This document shows, in pieces, positions 48,655-58,306 of a stretch of DNA of 64,000 nucleotides. The translations under genes and the position numbers were made by a program. The DNA is taken from the sequence record MW879340.1. The stretch is one strand, 5' to 3'. The stretch's first letter is position 1; every line of letters begins with the position of its first letter. The notes under the pieces are model-generated. The model saw only the letters and a program-made list of their open reading frames with translations, was not told the origin of the DNA and did no database searches.

Positions 48655-49152
48655 ATGTTTGACTTGGATATGTTTGACTTAATTAAGTGGTTTGCCTGGA
48701 TGGCAGTCATTACCTTCTTGATAATGGTGCTTCGTGCTATCTTCCACAAACCAGCCAGCGTTCCGAACAAGCGCTGGCTTTTTCTAACGACGCCGGAACT
48801 AATCGAGTGTGCCTTTACGACAAAGCGGATGTATGGCATCGCTGAGAAAACGGCAAAGTTGCACCTCGACAAATACGGCGCCGAAGGATGGATTAACTTG
48901 TACACCGATCTGTTTAAGGCGTATGAAAGCGACCCGACAACAGATGGCTACCGGATCAAAGGTGACATCACCGATCTGGGCGACCAAAAGGTGCGTCTGG
49001 TATTTGAATTGGACCGTAGCGGCGAAACCACCCATTACCTGTATGAGGTATCGTACCTCCATCTGGCTCGGGTCACTGACGTGTTGTCACCAGCACTGTT
49101 AGCTCGTCTCGATTGGCATAAGAAAACATTAAACCGTATCAGCGAGGGGTAA
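48655..49152 (+). CDS. membrane-anchored hypothetical protein
   Basis: ATG 48655 with GAGGG RBS; TM WFAWMAVITFLIMVL. Confidence 0.75.
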   Translation: MFDLDMFDLIKWFAWMAVITFLIMVLRAIFHKPASVPNKRWLFLTTPELIECAFTTKRMYGIAEKTAKLHLDKYGAEGWINLYTDLFKAYESDPTTDGYRIKGDITDLGDQKVRLVFELDRSGETTHYLYEVSYLHLARVTDVLSPALLARLDWHKKTLNRISEG

Positions 49153-49170
49153 CACCCTCGCCTTATGCCG
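49142..49170 (+). terminator. hairpin + TTATGCCG terminator-like element
   Basis: GCGAGGG-GTAACA-CCCTCGC then C-TTATGCCG. Confidence 0.7.
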
Positions 49171-49200
49171 ATCTAATTAACAATGCAGTCTAGCACATGC

Positions 49201-49218
49201 CTACATTACTAATGTGTC
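49201..49218 (+). promoter_or_regulatory. phage early-type promoter motif
   Basis: CTACATTACTAATGTGTC inside an inverted repeat. Confidence 0.55.
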
Positions 49219-49251
49219 TAGGCTGCTTTATCACTTTAAGAGGAACTTACC

Positions 49252-49956
49252 ATGGGCTGCCCTATGAACGATATCCGCGACTTCAAACAAGCACGTAAAG
49301 AATCTAACCTGGATAACGTAGGTCAGATTCGTCGTGAGGCTCCTGTTGCATCGCTGCATCATGCTCGTGCTGAAGAAGCCGACATTGAAGTTACTATCGA
49401 AACCGAATCTGAAACCTTAACCTGTGAGATGAACACCATGCAAACTGCAAACGAATCCAACAACGTTGAACAACTCCGCAAACCTCTGAGCGATCTGGCA
49501 GAAGGCATCAAAGAAGCACTGAACACTAAACCTGAACATGTAGAGGAAAGCACCATGGAAAACATCAACGTTGAAGAACAAGTAGAAACCGTATCTATCA
49601 CCGACGCAACCACTCGTTACAACACACTGCGTCGTAACGCTATCGTAGGTAACATCGTCGGTAACATCGGCGGTGCAATCGGCATGGTTGCCGGTGCGGC
49701 ATTAAATGGTCGTGAAGTTAAACGTGCTGCCTGTGTGGGCGGTGTTCTGGGTGCCGTAAGCATCGGTTGGATGCTGACCAGCAAACGTCAGAAAGCAATT
49801 GCCAAGGCACAGGCAGATTACTTTGACGAAGATCTCTACCAGGTTGCTGCTGAGAACAAACCGTCTACCATCGCTGCGGGCTTCGCAGGCGCACTGGCAT
49901 TCGGTGCAGTGCTCGGTGCAGTATTCATTCGTAAAGTTGCCACCTCCGAAGAATAA
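49252..49956 (+). CDS. glycine-zipper membrane protein with acidic N-terminus
   Basis: GNIVGNIGGAIGMVAG, VGGVLGAVSIG, AGFAGALAFGAVLG segments; GAGGA RBS. Confidence 0.8.
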   Translation: MGCPMNDIRDFKQARKESNLDNVGQIRREAPVASLHHARAEEADIEVTIETESETLTCEMNTMQTANESNNVEQLRKPLSDLAEGIKEALNTKPEHVEESTMENINVEEQVETVSITDATTRYNTLRRNAIVGNIVGNIGGAIGMVAGAALNGREVKRAACVGGVLGAVSIGWMLTSKRQKAIAKAQADYFDEDLYQVAAENKPSTIAAGFAGALAFGAVLGAVFIRKVATSEE

Positions 49957-49966
49957 GGAAACTGTC

Positions 49967-50326
49967 ATGAGCCAGATTGAAAAAGTAGCTATCCCGTTCG
50001 ACGCCCGTAAAAACGTAGCAGTTACTCGTCTGGCTCGTGGTGCTGGATTCGTAGCTGCGGTTGGACTGGGATTAGCGTTATTCAAAATCCCTAAAGAAAA
50101 GATCCTGGTCGCGACCTCTCTGTTAGGTGGGGTCGAGATCGCTTCTGCTGGGCTGTCGGCATGTAGCGACAACGAAGTGAAAGAAGAAATGGGTAAAGAG
50201 AACTTCGGTGGTAACCAAGAGAAGCTGGAAGCAGCCAGCTACGGGTTAGGTATCGGGTTCGCTGCGGTGGCACTGAGTGTCGCCTTTATTAAACTGACTG
50301 CGAAGAAGGAAGAGAGCGATGGATAA
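49967..50326 (+). CDS. small multi-TM membrane protein
   Basis: ATG 49967 with AAGGA RBS; three Gly/Ala-rich hydrophobic segments. Confidence 0.75.
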   Translation: MSQIEKVAIPFDARKNVAVTRLARGAGFVAAVGLGLALFKIPKEKILVATSLLGGVEIASAGLSACSDNEVKEEMGKENFGGNQEKLEAASYGLGIGFAAVALSVAFIKLTAKKEESDG

Positions 50327-50507
50327 ACAAACTGACCGTGTGGACTGCCCTGTGAGCAAAACTCGCTGGGGCTTCCCGATCGTCGCACTCACTGTGGGCT
50401 CTGTGTTAGCTGGCAGTGATAACCGCGGCGTGAAAGCCATGGGCGCTGGCATTGCAGTAGCTGCCGCACTCAGCTTATTAAACAAACTTGCAGCAATGGT
50501 GGACTGA
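50319..50507 (+). CDS. small membrane protein
   Basis: Two hydrophobic Gly/Ala segments; overlaps upstream stop. Confidence 0.65.
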   Translation: MDKQTDRVDCPVSKTRWGFPIVALTVGSVLAGSDNRGVKAMGAGIAVAAALSLLNKLAAMVD

Positions 50508-50509
50508 TC

Positions 50510-50956
50510 ATGCGTTTAAGTACCAAAGAAGCTATCAAAGAAGTTCTGACCCGTGATGCTATTTTCGAATGGCTTGAGACAGAACAGAACGACGTAGACT
50601 GGGCGGTGGAACACCTGATCCGCGACATCCTCAACGGTGACGACGAAACCAAAGAAGATTTCTACCAGTACGTTCGTAATCTCTTCATCAGCACGATGGT
50701 CGTTGGTGTGCCAGTTGAACGTTTGCCGTTTGCTGGCCTGTCCACACTGCGCGTAACCGTGCAAGAGCTGGAACAACACTATCCGATGGATCCGGACGAG
50801 TTCGCGTATGTTGAATCTCAACTGACTGACAGCGAGCCAGCCCAGCCGACCTTCACTTACAAAGCAGAAGGTAAGAAAGCGGTAGTCGTTGGCTTACTGG
50901 CCGGCATCGCATTGGGTGTCGGTATCGTGGCGCTCATTCGAGCTGCCCGTAAATAG
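50510..50956 (+). CDS. tail-anchored membrane protein
   Basis: Acidic body; C-terminal TM AVVVGLLAGIALGVGIVALI then RAARK. Confidence 0.75.
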   Translation: MRLSTKEAIKEVLTRDAIFEWLETEQNDVDWAVEHLIRDILNGDDETKEDFYQYVRNLFISTMVVGVPVERLPFAGLSTLRVTVQELEQHYPMDPDEFAYVESQLTDSEPAQPTFTYKAEGKKAVVVGLLAGIALGVGIVALIRAARK

Positions 50957-50961
50957 TGTGT

Positions 50962-50992
50962 AGAAGGAGGGATTTCGATCCCTTCTTTTTTT
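50962..50992 (+). terminator. intrinsic terminator
   Basis: AGAAGG..GGGAT-TTCG-ATCCCTTCT plus poly-T. Confidence 0.8.
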
Positions 50993-51013
50993 GTTAAAAC
51001 CACGGAGGTGTTC

Positions 51014-51478
51014 ATGCACGATCTAATTGTGGTGCTCTGCGCCATCGTAGGTTTCATTGCACTTATCTGGGTTACGAGTGTTGCATTTGATAACGTCGAA
51101 GAACGCGCCAACGAGAAACGTTTTAGAATCTTAAATGAGTTTCTTGAAAAAGGCGAACACACGCTTGACTACACAACCATCGCATTAATTACCGCCGAGC
51201 TTCGCTATCGCATGTCCATGACAGGTGAATACGAGGTGACCGTAGAGCATCGGGCGCTGTTAAGCGCAATTGCGCGTAACGTGTACATTCTGGTGAAAGC
51301 CGGGGTGCGCGATCAAATGCAATTGCTGTCCGTTGTCTGCGAACAACTCAATCGTCGGGGTCACCACAAAGCTCGGATGAATATCACCACCAACAACCGC
51401 GTTGAGTTGATTATCCAATTTGGTACTGAGGAACGTCTGACCTACATCAAGCTGCACTCTGTCAATACCCTCTTCTGA
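51014..51478 (+). CDS. membrane-anchored hypothetical protein
   Basis: GGAGGT RBS; N-terminal TM. Confidence 0.75.
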   Translation: MHDLIVVLCAIVGFIALIWVTSVAFDNVEERANEKRFRILNEFLEKGEHTLDYTTIALITAELRYRMSMTGEYEVTVEHRALLSAIARNVYILVKAGVRDQMQLLSVVCEQLNRRGHHKARMNITTNNRVELIIQFGTEERLTYIKLHSVNTLF

Positions 51479-51479
51479 T

Positions 51480-51520
51480 CGGCATAAAGGCAGGGGTTTG
51501 ACCCCTGCCTGTTTTATGAC
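51480..51520. terminator. bidirectional hairpin terminator
   Basis: CGGCATAA-AGGCAGGGG-TTTGA-CCCCTGCCT between convergent genes. Confidence 0.85.
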
Positions 51521-52134
51521 TGCCCAGTTAAACGCTTTTCATAGTCTTTAATGATCAAGCGCAACCGTTCGTTCTCTGCGGTCAACGCGATGTTCTGCGC
51601 ATGCTCAGTGATACGGTTCTTGATTGCGGCTAAGCGGTTCTCTTCATTCAGGCGATGCTGTTGCACGGTGACCGACCCGGAGGACGGTGCGACCGATACG
51701 TTGACTGTAGGCCTTACGCCTATTAAGTCAGAACAGTCGTCTTGAATGGTGTCGAGTAACTGCTGGATACCGCTGACTAACGTCGTCGGTACCGCACCTA
51801 ATGATGCCGAGATCACCACGTAGTCATAACTGACCGCGGTGTCGTCCGGCATCTTAACGATGTACGTGCTGGGGACATAGACCGTAGGCTGACCAGGTGC
51901 CGTGAGGGAGATGACCTTTGCCAATGCCTGTACGTCAGCATCGTACGCTGTCTTGTCCAACCCGACGGGTGTATAGATCAGCTCTACCGGATCAACTTTC
52001 TCTTTCTGGTTCAGGATGTCCGAAAACGTACGAACCGCTTCCACCGTATAGATGGTGTTGGCTGTCAGTTTAAACGGATCACCTAACGTCCATAGCCCAC
52101 GCAGCGACATCGGTGGTACAATGTTCGTTGCCAT
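51514..52134 (-). CDS. phiKZ-like conserved protein, probable virion protein
   Basis: Position in the core block next to RNase H; GAGG RBS; product inferred from synteny. Confidence 0.7.
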   Translation of the reverse strand: MATNIVPPMSLRGLWTLGDPFKLTANTIYTVEAVRTFSDILNQKEKVDPVELIYTPVGLDKTAYDADVQALAKVISLTAPGQPTVYVPSTYIVKMPDDTAVSYDYVVISASLGAVPTTLVSGIQQLLDTIQDDCSDLIGVRPTVNVSVAPSSGSVTVQQHRLNEENRLAAIKNRITEHAQNIALTAENERLRLIIKDYEKRLTGQS

Positions 52135-52144
52135 TTACGACCTC

Positions 52145-53464
52145 TTATGCGAACAGCGATTCAGTGTAAGGCTTCGCAACCATCAGGAACTTAATACCGT
52201 CCACGGTTTTGGTTGCACAGATTACACCGTCACGCACCACACGGTTCACACCCGCTGGCAGTTCAGAGAACTCTTCCATGGTTTCCGCGGCGATGATCAT
52301 CTCCTGCATTGCAAAGATGAACGCCTGTGTACCTTTGGAGATACTGTCGAACTCCACGTCACGGGATGGAATCAGCGCGTAGTCTGGATACAGCTCAAGC
52401 AGCTTCAGCTGACCAGAACGGTTGGTTGGTTTGGCGACCGCATGCAGCTTGATAGAACGGGTAAGGTTCGGGAAGGTTTGCAGCGATGCCTTGATGTGGT
52501 CTTCGGAATACCACTTGAGCACCTTGATCGGCAGATCGAGATAGGTCTCGTAATCGATGACCGGACTGTGAACGCCAGCTTGCACCGTTTTGTTGGGAAT
52601 GCTATAGGACATCCAATCAGGCGCAAACGTGTACTCGATTGGGTTGAACAGATCCGGGATAACCAGGGCCCATTCTTCTTCATCGTATTCGGAGTTCTCA
52701 AGAATGTCTTTCTTGATTGCCTCGTATGCGGCGTCATCATTGCGGCCGTTCTTACCCCAACCGACCACCTGCCAGTACGCATCCTGCCAAAGTTTGGTAT
52801 TGGCTTTGTCGTAAACCTTGAAGGAGTACGTTTGGATAAAGGTCTGCGGGTGTTCCCCGATAATCTCATCCAGCGCTGTGGTGATCATCCCTTTAGTAAA
52901 GGCATCGATCGTGGCTTTCTGCGTTTGAAAGTCCTCGTGCAGTTTGTCCAGGTCCGCGGTCGGCACACAGTGCAGCGGGATCAGTTCAAAGCGAGGATAC
53001 TGCATCTGGAAAGACTGATCGGTAAACCAGATCTTCACAGTGTTATCGCCAGCCTGGTCGCCAGCAATTGAACCAGAGATCCACTCAGGCGCCCAATGCA
53101 CGCCATCCGTCACCATATTACCAATGGAAAGGTTACTCCATGAGTTTCCAAATTCGCTGGTAATCTGCTGCAACGTGATGACTTTGTCGTTGGTGATCTG
53201 TCCATTAATGATCCGCAGCATTGTCCAGTAATGCAACTGGAGAATCGGGATCTTGTAGACGTCGGTCAAAACAAAAGGCTTACCTGCATCGTTCTCCGAG
53301 GTAAAGGCCAGAAAGACCGCGCCGGGTTGACTGTCGTTGGAATAGGTTCCGATGCTCCGGGAAGACGTCACGGAGATCTGTGATAACTCACCGATGTCAT
53401 TCGTAATCGACGGGCTGTTATTGATCAGGGCATTGCATTGAGCAAACCCGAGTATCGTTTTCAT
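52145..53464 (-). CDS. phiKZ-like conserved virion structural protein
   Basis: 439-aa ORF, AAGGG RBS; synteny with the phiKZ-type RNase H/UvsX block. Confidence 0.7.
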   Translation of the reverse strand: MKTILGFAQCNALINNSPSITNDIGELSQISVTSSRSIGTYSNDSQPGAVFLAFTSENDAGKPFVLTDVYKIPILQLHYWTMLRIINGQITNDKVITLQQITSEFGNSWSNLSIGNMVTDGVHWAPEWISGSIAGDQAGDNTVKIWFTDQSFQMQYPRFELIPLHCVPTADLDKLHEDFQTQKATIDAFTKGMITTALDEIIGEHPQTFIQTYSFKVYDKANTKLWQDAYWQVVGWGKNGRNDDAAYEAIKKDILENSEYDEEEWALVIPDLFNPIEYTFAPDWMSYSIPNKTVQAGVHSPVIDYETYLDLPIKVLKWYSEDHIKASLQTFPNLTRSIKLHAVAKPTNRSGQLKLLELYPDYALIPSRDVEFDSISKGTQAFIFAMQEMIIAAETMEEFSELPAGVNRVVRDGVICATKTVDGIKFLMVAKPYTESLFA

Positions 53465-53602
53465 AGTTCACCCTTTACAATTGGGAGTGGATAAAAGACA
53501 TAACATTCAGCAACGGTACGTGAGTCGGGGGTTAACAGCATGTTACTGTTACGTATCTTTTTTATGTGCCTCCCCTTTATTCGGAAACAATCGAATAACT
53601 TC

Positions 53603-53956
53603 ATGTCCGACGGCGCCACGCGTTACAGCACGACACGCAAGAGCAAGGGCCTGTACTATGCCTTGATCGCGTTTATATTCCTTTTGTCCGGGGTCGTCTA
53701 TTACGGATACCGGGAATACGAAAGCCTGAGCACACAAAATAAGCAGTTTGTGAGCGAACTGAGTACTCTCCGCACCATGACGAGTATTTATCCGAACATG
53801 ACTGATATGCTGAACCAGAACAAGCTTCTGTTACAGCAGAATAAAATATTAGGCGACGAATTGTTGCAATTGCGTAAAGAAAATGCGCGTTTGAATGAAG
53901 AACTAATGGGACAATGTAAAAAGCCGGTGAAGTCACCCCTACGGAAGCATTCGTAG
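53603..53956 (+). CDS. membrane-anchored coiled-coil protein
   Basis: TM LYYALIAFIFLLSGVVYYGY then Leu/Gln heptads; start uncertain (53540 or 53603). Confidence 0.65.
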   Translation: MSDGATRYSTTRKSKGLYYALIAFIFLLSGVVYYGYREYESLSTQNKQFVSELSTLRTMTSIYPNMTDMLNQNKLLLQQNKILGDELLQLRKENARLNEELMGQCKKPVKSPLRKHS

Positions 53957-54025
53957 GGGTTTTGGTATTTCTTTACCTAATCGGTCTATTATAAGAGAGT
54001 ATTCGATTAAATTGAGGAGTCAGCG

Positions 54026-55540
54026 ATGGAATCAACATCATTGCCGAAGGTTTCCATGATCCTGTACACGGATGGTGGCTTTCGGCAGAATGTGGGCGGA
54101 TGGGGTGTGCATGGATACACTCACCTCGTCGACGATACCGACGATAAGAAAAAGAAGAAGAAACCGGCGGTAGGTGTTCCGACCACAACCGGATACATCA
54201 TCAAAGACGATCCGAAACTGAATCAACGTGAAGTTGTGCGTCCGGTTCACGTTTTCGAATCGTTTGGCGGGTTGTTACCGGAAACCACCAACAACATCGC
54301 TGAAATCACAGCTGCTGTAAACGGTATGGATCTGGCCATTAACCAAGGTGCTGAGAAACTGTTGGTGTTTACCGACAGTGAATATGTCGTAAAAGGCATT
54401 ACCCAGTACCTGCACAAATGGAAGCAGAATGGCTGGAAGAAATCCACCGGTGACGAAATTGCCAACAAACCACTCTGGCAGGCCGTCGACGTTAAGTTGG
54501 GCGAACTGAAAGAGAAGAACATCCACTATACGTTCCAGTGGGTGAAGGGCCACGACGGACATCGTGGTAATGTCATGGCGGACTACATGGCAACGCGTGG
54601 TGTCATGCTTGGTAAACAAGGTGATGCCGAGCCACGTCATAACGTCCAGGACTTCAGCGAGTATGAGAAGTACAAAGCAGAGCGTCACCGTTTTGTGTCT
54701 CATTCCCGTTGGTACTTCAACCTCGGCGACGAGAACATGCTGAAGGCTAACCCTCATGGTTATTATGAGTATAGCTTTGGGCATCCGTCAAAAGAAGACA
54801 CTGACCAAGTCTATCTGGGTAAAGCGTTAGCTGATACTGCGTTTAGCGTGGTATGGCTGCAACAACCTGAAACCTGTTTGGACCTGGTCTATTCAAAGAC
54901 CAAGCAGATTGCCACGAACGTGTATGGCAATGTGTTCATTGGTCGCCTGGACAACATCTACAGCCCGTTCACTCATAAAGAGATCATGGACCACGCTGGC
55001 GATCTGTTGTTCCGTGCGAACAAGAATGATAACGACATCACCAACTGTACTGGCGCATTAATCGTGCGTGAGTGTAACCCACCGGCAATCTCCTATCGTG
55101 CAGTCAATAACCTGGTATTCTTGAACCAGTGCCTGACCGAGTTCCACACGGGTGAGCTGGATCCGTTGCGTAAGGTGTATGACGTTACTGACTTGATCTA
55201 CGATTCAGAGACAACGAAGAAGGGTGACGTGAAGATGTCCTTGAAAAAGGAAATCAAGCAAAACACGAAAGCCATCAAGTTGCCTGTGTCTTGTGAAGTC
55301 CTCGGTAAGCCAATCGTTGTCGACGTCACGTGCACGCTGGGGTTAGATATCCCAAGTCGTAACACGTTGAACGGCATCGTGGATGAGCATCCGAAGATTC
55401 ACATCATGGTAGTTAAGGAATCCGATGTAGCATTCCGTTATCTGACTATCATGTCGTGTGACGCCGGGTACTGCATCATGGCCAATGTGTACGCCAACCT
55501 ACGCATACTGTCTAAAGCGGAATTGGACAAGTGTGCCTAA
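54026..55540 (+). CDS. rnhA: ribonuclease HI with long C-terminal extension (phiKZ-type)
   Basis: YTDGG, TNNIAEITA, FTDSEYV..WK.NGWK, WVKGH.GH.GN.MAD. Confidence 0.92.
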   Translation: MESTSLPKVSMILYTDGGFRQNVGGWGVHGYTHLVDDTDDKKKKKKPAVGVPTTTGYIIKDDPKLNQREVVRPVHVFESFGGLLPETTNNIAEITAAVNGMDLAINQGAEKLLVFTDSEYVVKGITQYLHKWKQNGWKKSTGDEIANKPLWQAVDVKLGELKEKNIHYTFQWVKGHDGHRGNVMADYMATRGVMLGKQGDAEPRHNVQDFSEYEKYKAERHRFVSHSRWYFNLGDENMLKANPHGYYEYSFGHPSKEDTDQVYLGKALADTAFSVVWLQQPETCLDLVYSKTKQIATNVYGNVFIGRLDNIYSPFTHKEIMDHAGDLLFRANKNDNDITNCTGALIVRECNPPAISYRAVNNLVFLNQCLTEFHTGELDPLRKVYDVTDLIYDSETTKKGDVKMSLKKEIKQNTKAIKLPVSCEVLGKPIVVDVTCTLGLDIPSRNTLNGIVDEHPKIHIMVVKESDVAFRYLTIMSCDAGYCIMANVYANLRILSKAELDKCA

Positions 55541-55902
55541 GGAGTTCCGTTGTGAGTATAACGTCAACATTACCCATGCGTGCTGATGTTGACATCGGGG
55601 CGTTGTTTGATCAAGACCGTATCGTGGATGCGCCGATAAGACGTCGGATGTTACTCACGTACATTTGCAAACGACGCCACCCTGATGCAACTGCTGATGA
55701 GCTCAATCGAACTTATCACATCACGCGGAGTGCGAAGGACGTTGCTCGTTACCTCCTCTATTTACAGGTGATGGAAGAGAATCTACGTGCAACCTTTCGC
55801 GGGGTGGACTTTGGTTGTCCGCTCGACATCATTGCTCACGTCCCGTATTGGATTAAGTATGGGTCCGTGGTTGAGATGTATCACGACATAAAAGCACTCT
55901 AA
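55531..55902 (+). CDS. hypothetical protein
   Basis: 123-aa ORF overlapping the RNase H stop; exact start uncertain. Confidence 0.6.
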   Translation: MCLRSSVVSITSTLPMRADVDIGALFDQDRIVDAPIRRRMLLTYICKRRHPDATADELNRTYHITRSAKDVARYLLYLQVMEENLRATFRGVDFGCPLDIIAHVPYWIKYGSVVEMYHDIKAL

Positions 55903-55903
55903 T

Positions 55904-55956
55904 CGGCATAAGAGGCGCTTCTCCCCGAAGGGAGAAGCCCTCTATGCTTTATGCCC
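55904..55956. terminator. bidirectional hairpin terminator flanked by CGGCATAA and TTATGCCC
   Basis: AGAGG.GCTTCTCCC-CGAA-GGGAGAAGCCCTCT. Confidence 0.85.
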
Positions 55957-55961
55957 TTTTT

Positions 55962-56744
55962 TTATTTTTTGCTGTTCAGCTTATCCGCGGTGTTGTTCAG
56001 TGCAGCGCCGGTAGCGATGAACAGGGTCACAGTGACACTGTAGACGTCTACAATGCGTGCCATCTGTAACAGGAGCTCACCTATGGCTTTAACCTGTTGC
56101 GCGCTCAGTTCGAGCTCTCCGGCCGCTGCTGCGGTATGGATGTTGCCAGCCAGCTCTGCAATGCGATCCACGTTCAAGCGAACGTCTTTCGGGTTACGAC
56201 GAACCAGGTTCTGCACCAGTGAGTTAAAGTCAACGTATGCGGCCTGATATTGTGTCATACTTTCGAAACGCGTAGAGAACACTGCTTCCGTGGTATCGCG
56301 GCCGTTAAACGACTTCTGCAATTCCAGCTCCAGTTTGTTCTTGACCTGGGTCAGCGCAGAAGTTGGATAAATAGATATGCCGTCACCGTTGTTGACATCC
56401 AGCAGACTTTTCAATACAGAAGGAAGAGCCTGTTCAGCGGCGAGCAGAAAACGCATTCCCTGGTCAAGGGTAGGCTGCAATTCTTTGTACGACTTGTTGA
56501 GACGCTGTGGTTGGAAGATCAACGTGTCCATCACGTCGGTATAGTTCAAACGACCGACCACTTTCTTCGCTGCGTTGACGTCAGCCAGGATCAGTGGTTT
56601 GTCTAATCCCAGGAGTTTACCCTGGAAGTAATTCTTGATACCTTCGAACAGTTTGCCGATGGAAGTGACCGGATTAAAGTCTTCGTTACCGATGCCCTCG
56701 TTGAGGTCCTTTACGGCATTTTCAAAATCGTTAATGGTATACAT
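55962..56744 (-). CDS. phiKZ-like probable head protein
   Basis: ATG 56744 with GGGAG RBS; helical sequence; N-terminal GNE matching the (S/A/G)-x-E processing motif. Confidence 0.65.
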   Translation of the reverse strand: MYTINDFENAVKDLNEGIGNEDFNPVTSIGKLFEGIKNYFQGKLLGLDKPLILADVNAAKKVVGRLNYTDVMDTLIFQPQRLNKSYKELQPTLDQGMRFLLAAEQALPSVLKSLLDVNNGDGISIYPTSALTQVKNKLELELQKSFNGRDTTEAVFSTRFESMTQYQAAYVDFNSLVQNLVRRNPKDVRLNVDRIAELAGNIHTAAAAGELELSAQQVKAIGELLLQMARIVDVYSVTVTLFIATGAALNNTADKLNSKK

Positions 56745-56827
56745 ATTTGCTCCCGAGGGTTCATTAGTTTTATTCAACATATTATCACTTCTTATGAAGT
56801 CATTTTCTTTTATCAAGGATCAAAACC

Positions 56828-58216
56828 ATGAGCTTATCTTTTGGTGAAGTTATTGAAAAATCCAAGCCGATACGACCGCTGTTGAATATCGGCGCTGGGT
56901 TTGACATCCCGACAGGATCATACCGTTTGGGTAAGCATGGCGAATCCATTCTGAATGGAGGCCTCGCCCCCTACACGGCTATCGTTGGGAAAGGCAACAC
57001 CTTTAAAACGGCTATCATGATGTTTATGATGGGTCGTGTATTAGAACGTTACAACAACAGTAACGCGCTGCACTACGATACCGAATGTACGTTTGGTACT
57101 GACCGTATTCTCAGCCTGATGTCTCACCTGGAACCAGGTACTGCACAGAGCTGGATCGACGACGGTCGTATTTACCTGACCGATGACTCCATCGCGAAAG
57201 GTAACGAATGGTTTAAGAAGACCGTTCAGGACTATGCTGGCTTAAAACAAAAAGATCGCAAGTCCATGGGCACCTTACCGTTTGTTGACAGCAACGGCAA
57301 CCTGATCCCGTATCTATACCCAACGGTCAACGGTGCTGACTCTATTTCCGAGATGAAGTTCAATGATCTCGAAAAGAACTACGCGAAGATGGAAATCGGT
57401 CAAGGCGAAATGCAAACCGAAGCCATGCGCGTATCGAACGCCAAGCGTATGCTGATCGAAAAGACGCAGGGTTACGCCAACGGCGGCGGTCTTTATGTCA
57501 TCATGTCTGCTCACCTCGGTAAAGAGCTGAACATGGACGGCAAGCCGCAAGAGAAGAAAACCACCTTCATGAAGCAGGGTGACAAAATCTCTAAAGTGCC
57601 GAGCCAAATCCTGTCGCTCCCGAACAACGCCTGGGAGATCTCCACCGGTACCGTACTGATTAACCGTGACACCAAAGAATGGATGTACCCGAAACCGGGT
57701 GACGTCGAGACTGCGGGTAACCCTGACTTACTGACGCTGATTGCTAAGAACCTGCGCGGTAAGAACGGTCCGTCCGGTGTACCGTGGGAATTTGTGATGT
57801 CTCAGTCTGAAGGCCTGCTGCCGTCACTGACTGAATTCAACCACATCAAAAACTGCAACCGCTACGGCCTGGGCGGTAACGATCGTAATTATTATGTTGA
57901 GTTGCTGCCAGACGTTAAGCTGATGCGTACGACTGTGCGTGGCAAAATCGACGAAACACCAGAACTGCGCCGTGCATTAGAGATCACCATGGAAATGTGT
58001 CAGATGCGCTATCTGTGGCATACCCGTGATCCGAAGTACAACATGACCCCACTCGAACTGCGTGAAGGTCTTGAGAAGAAAGGGTATAAGTGGGATCAAC
58101 TCCTCAACACCCGCGGCTTCTGGACGTACGAGGAAGATAACCATCCTCTGCCGTTCTTGAGCACCATGGACTTACTCCGCATGTATCATGATGAGTATCG
58201 TCCGTTCTGGATGTAA
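56828..58216 (+). CDS. uvsX: UvsX/RecA-like recombinase (phiKZ-type)
   Basis: IVGKGNTFKT P-loop, YDTE, ADSIS..F, C-terminal LS..DLL.MY; adjacent to RNase H and the RNAP fragment as in phiKZ. Confidence 0.85.
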   Translation: MSLSFGEVIEKSKPIRPLLNIGAGFDIPTGSYRLGKHGESILNGGLAPYTAIVGKGNTFKTAIMMFMMGRVLERYNNSNALHYDTECTFGTDRILSLMSHLEPGTAQSWIDDGRIYLTDDSIAKGNEWFKKTVQDYAGLKQKDRKSMGTLPFVDSNGNLIPYLYPTVNGADSISEMKFNDLEKNYAKMEIGQGEMQTEAMRVSNAKRMLIEKTQGYANGGGLYVIMSAHLGKELNMDGKPQEKKTTFMKQGDKISKVPSQILSLPNNAWEISTGTVLINRDTKEWMYPKPGDVETAGNPDLLTLIAKNLRGKNGPSGVPWEFVMSQSEGLLPSLTEFNHIKNCNRYGLGGNDRNYYVELLPDVKLMRTTVRGKIDETPELRRALEITMEMCQMRYLWHTRDPKYNMTPLELREGLEKKGYKWDQLLNTRGFWTYEEDNHPLPFLSTMDLLRMYHDEYRPFWM

Positions 58217-58236
58217 CTTTGTCCGTGCGCTAAATC

Positions 58237-58271
58237 GGAGGCGGGGTTTCCTGCCTCCACCTATTACGCCG
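58237..58271 (+). terminator. hairpin + TTACGCCG terminator-like element
   Basis: GGAGGCGGG-GTTT-CCTGCCTCC then TTACGCCG. Confidence 0.65.
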
Positions 58272-58306
58272 GTTGGGAATAAGCGAGTTAGTTGGGAAAG
58301 GCTACT

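Noticed and set aside
52052-53071. 339-aa plus-strand ORF
   Set aside because: Entirely antisense to the 439-aa conserved gene, with no RBS or recognisable protein; typical shadow ORF
53603-53956. Possible i-spanin
   Set aside because: TM plus coiled coil fits, but I found no embedded or adjacent lipoprotein ORF
54150-54170. Poly-Lys run (KKKKKK) in RNase H as a slippage or localisation signal
   Set aside because: Mixed AAG/AAA codons, frame intact; most likely a variable loop
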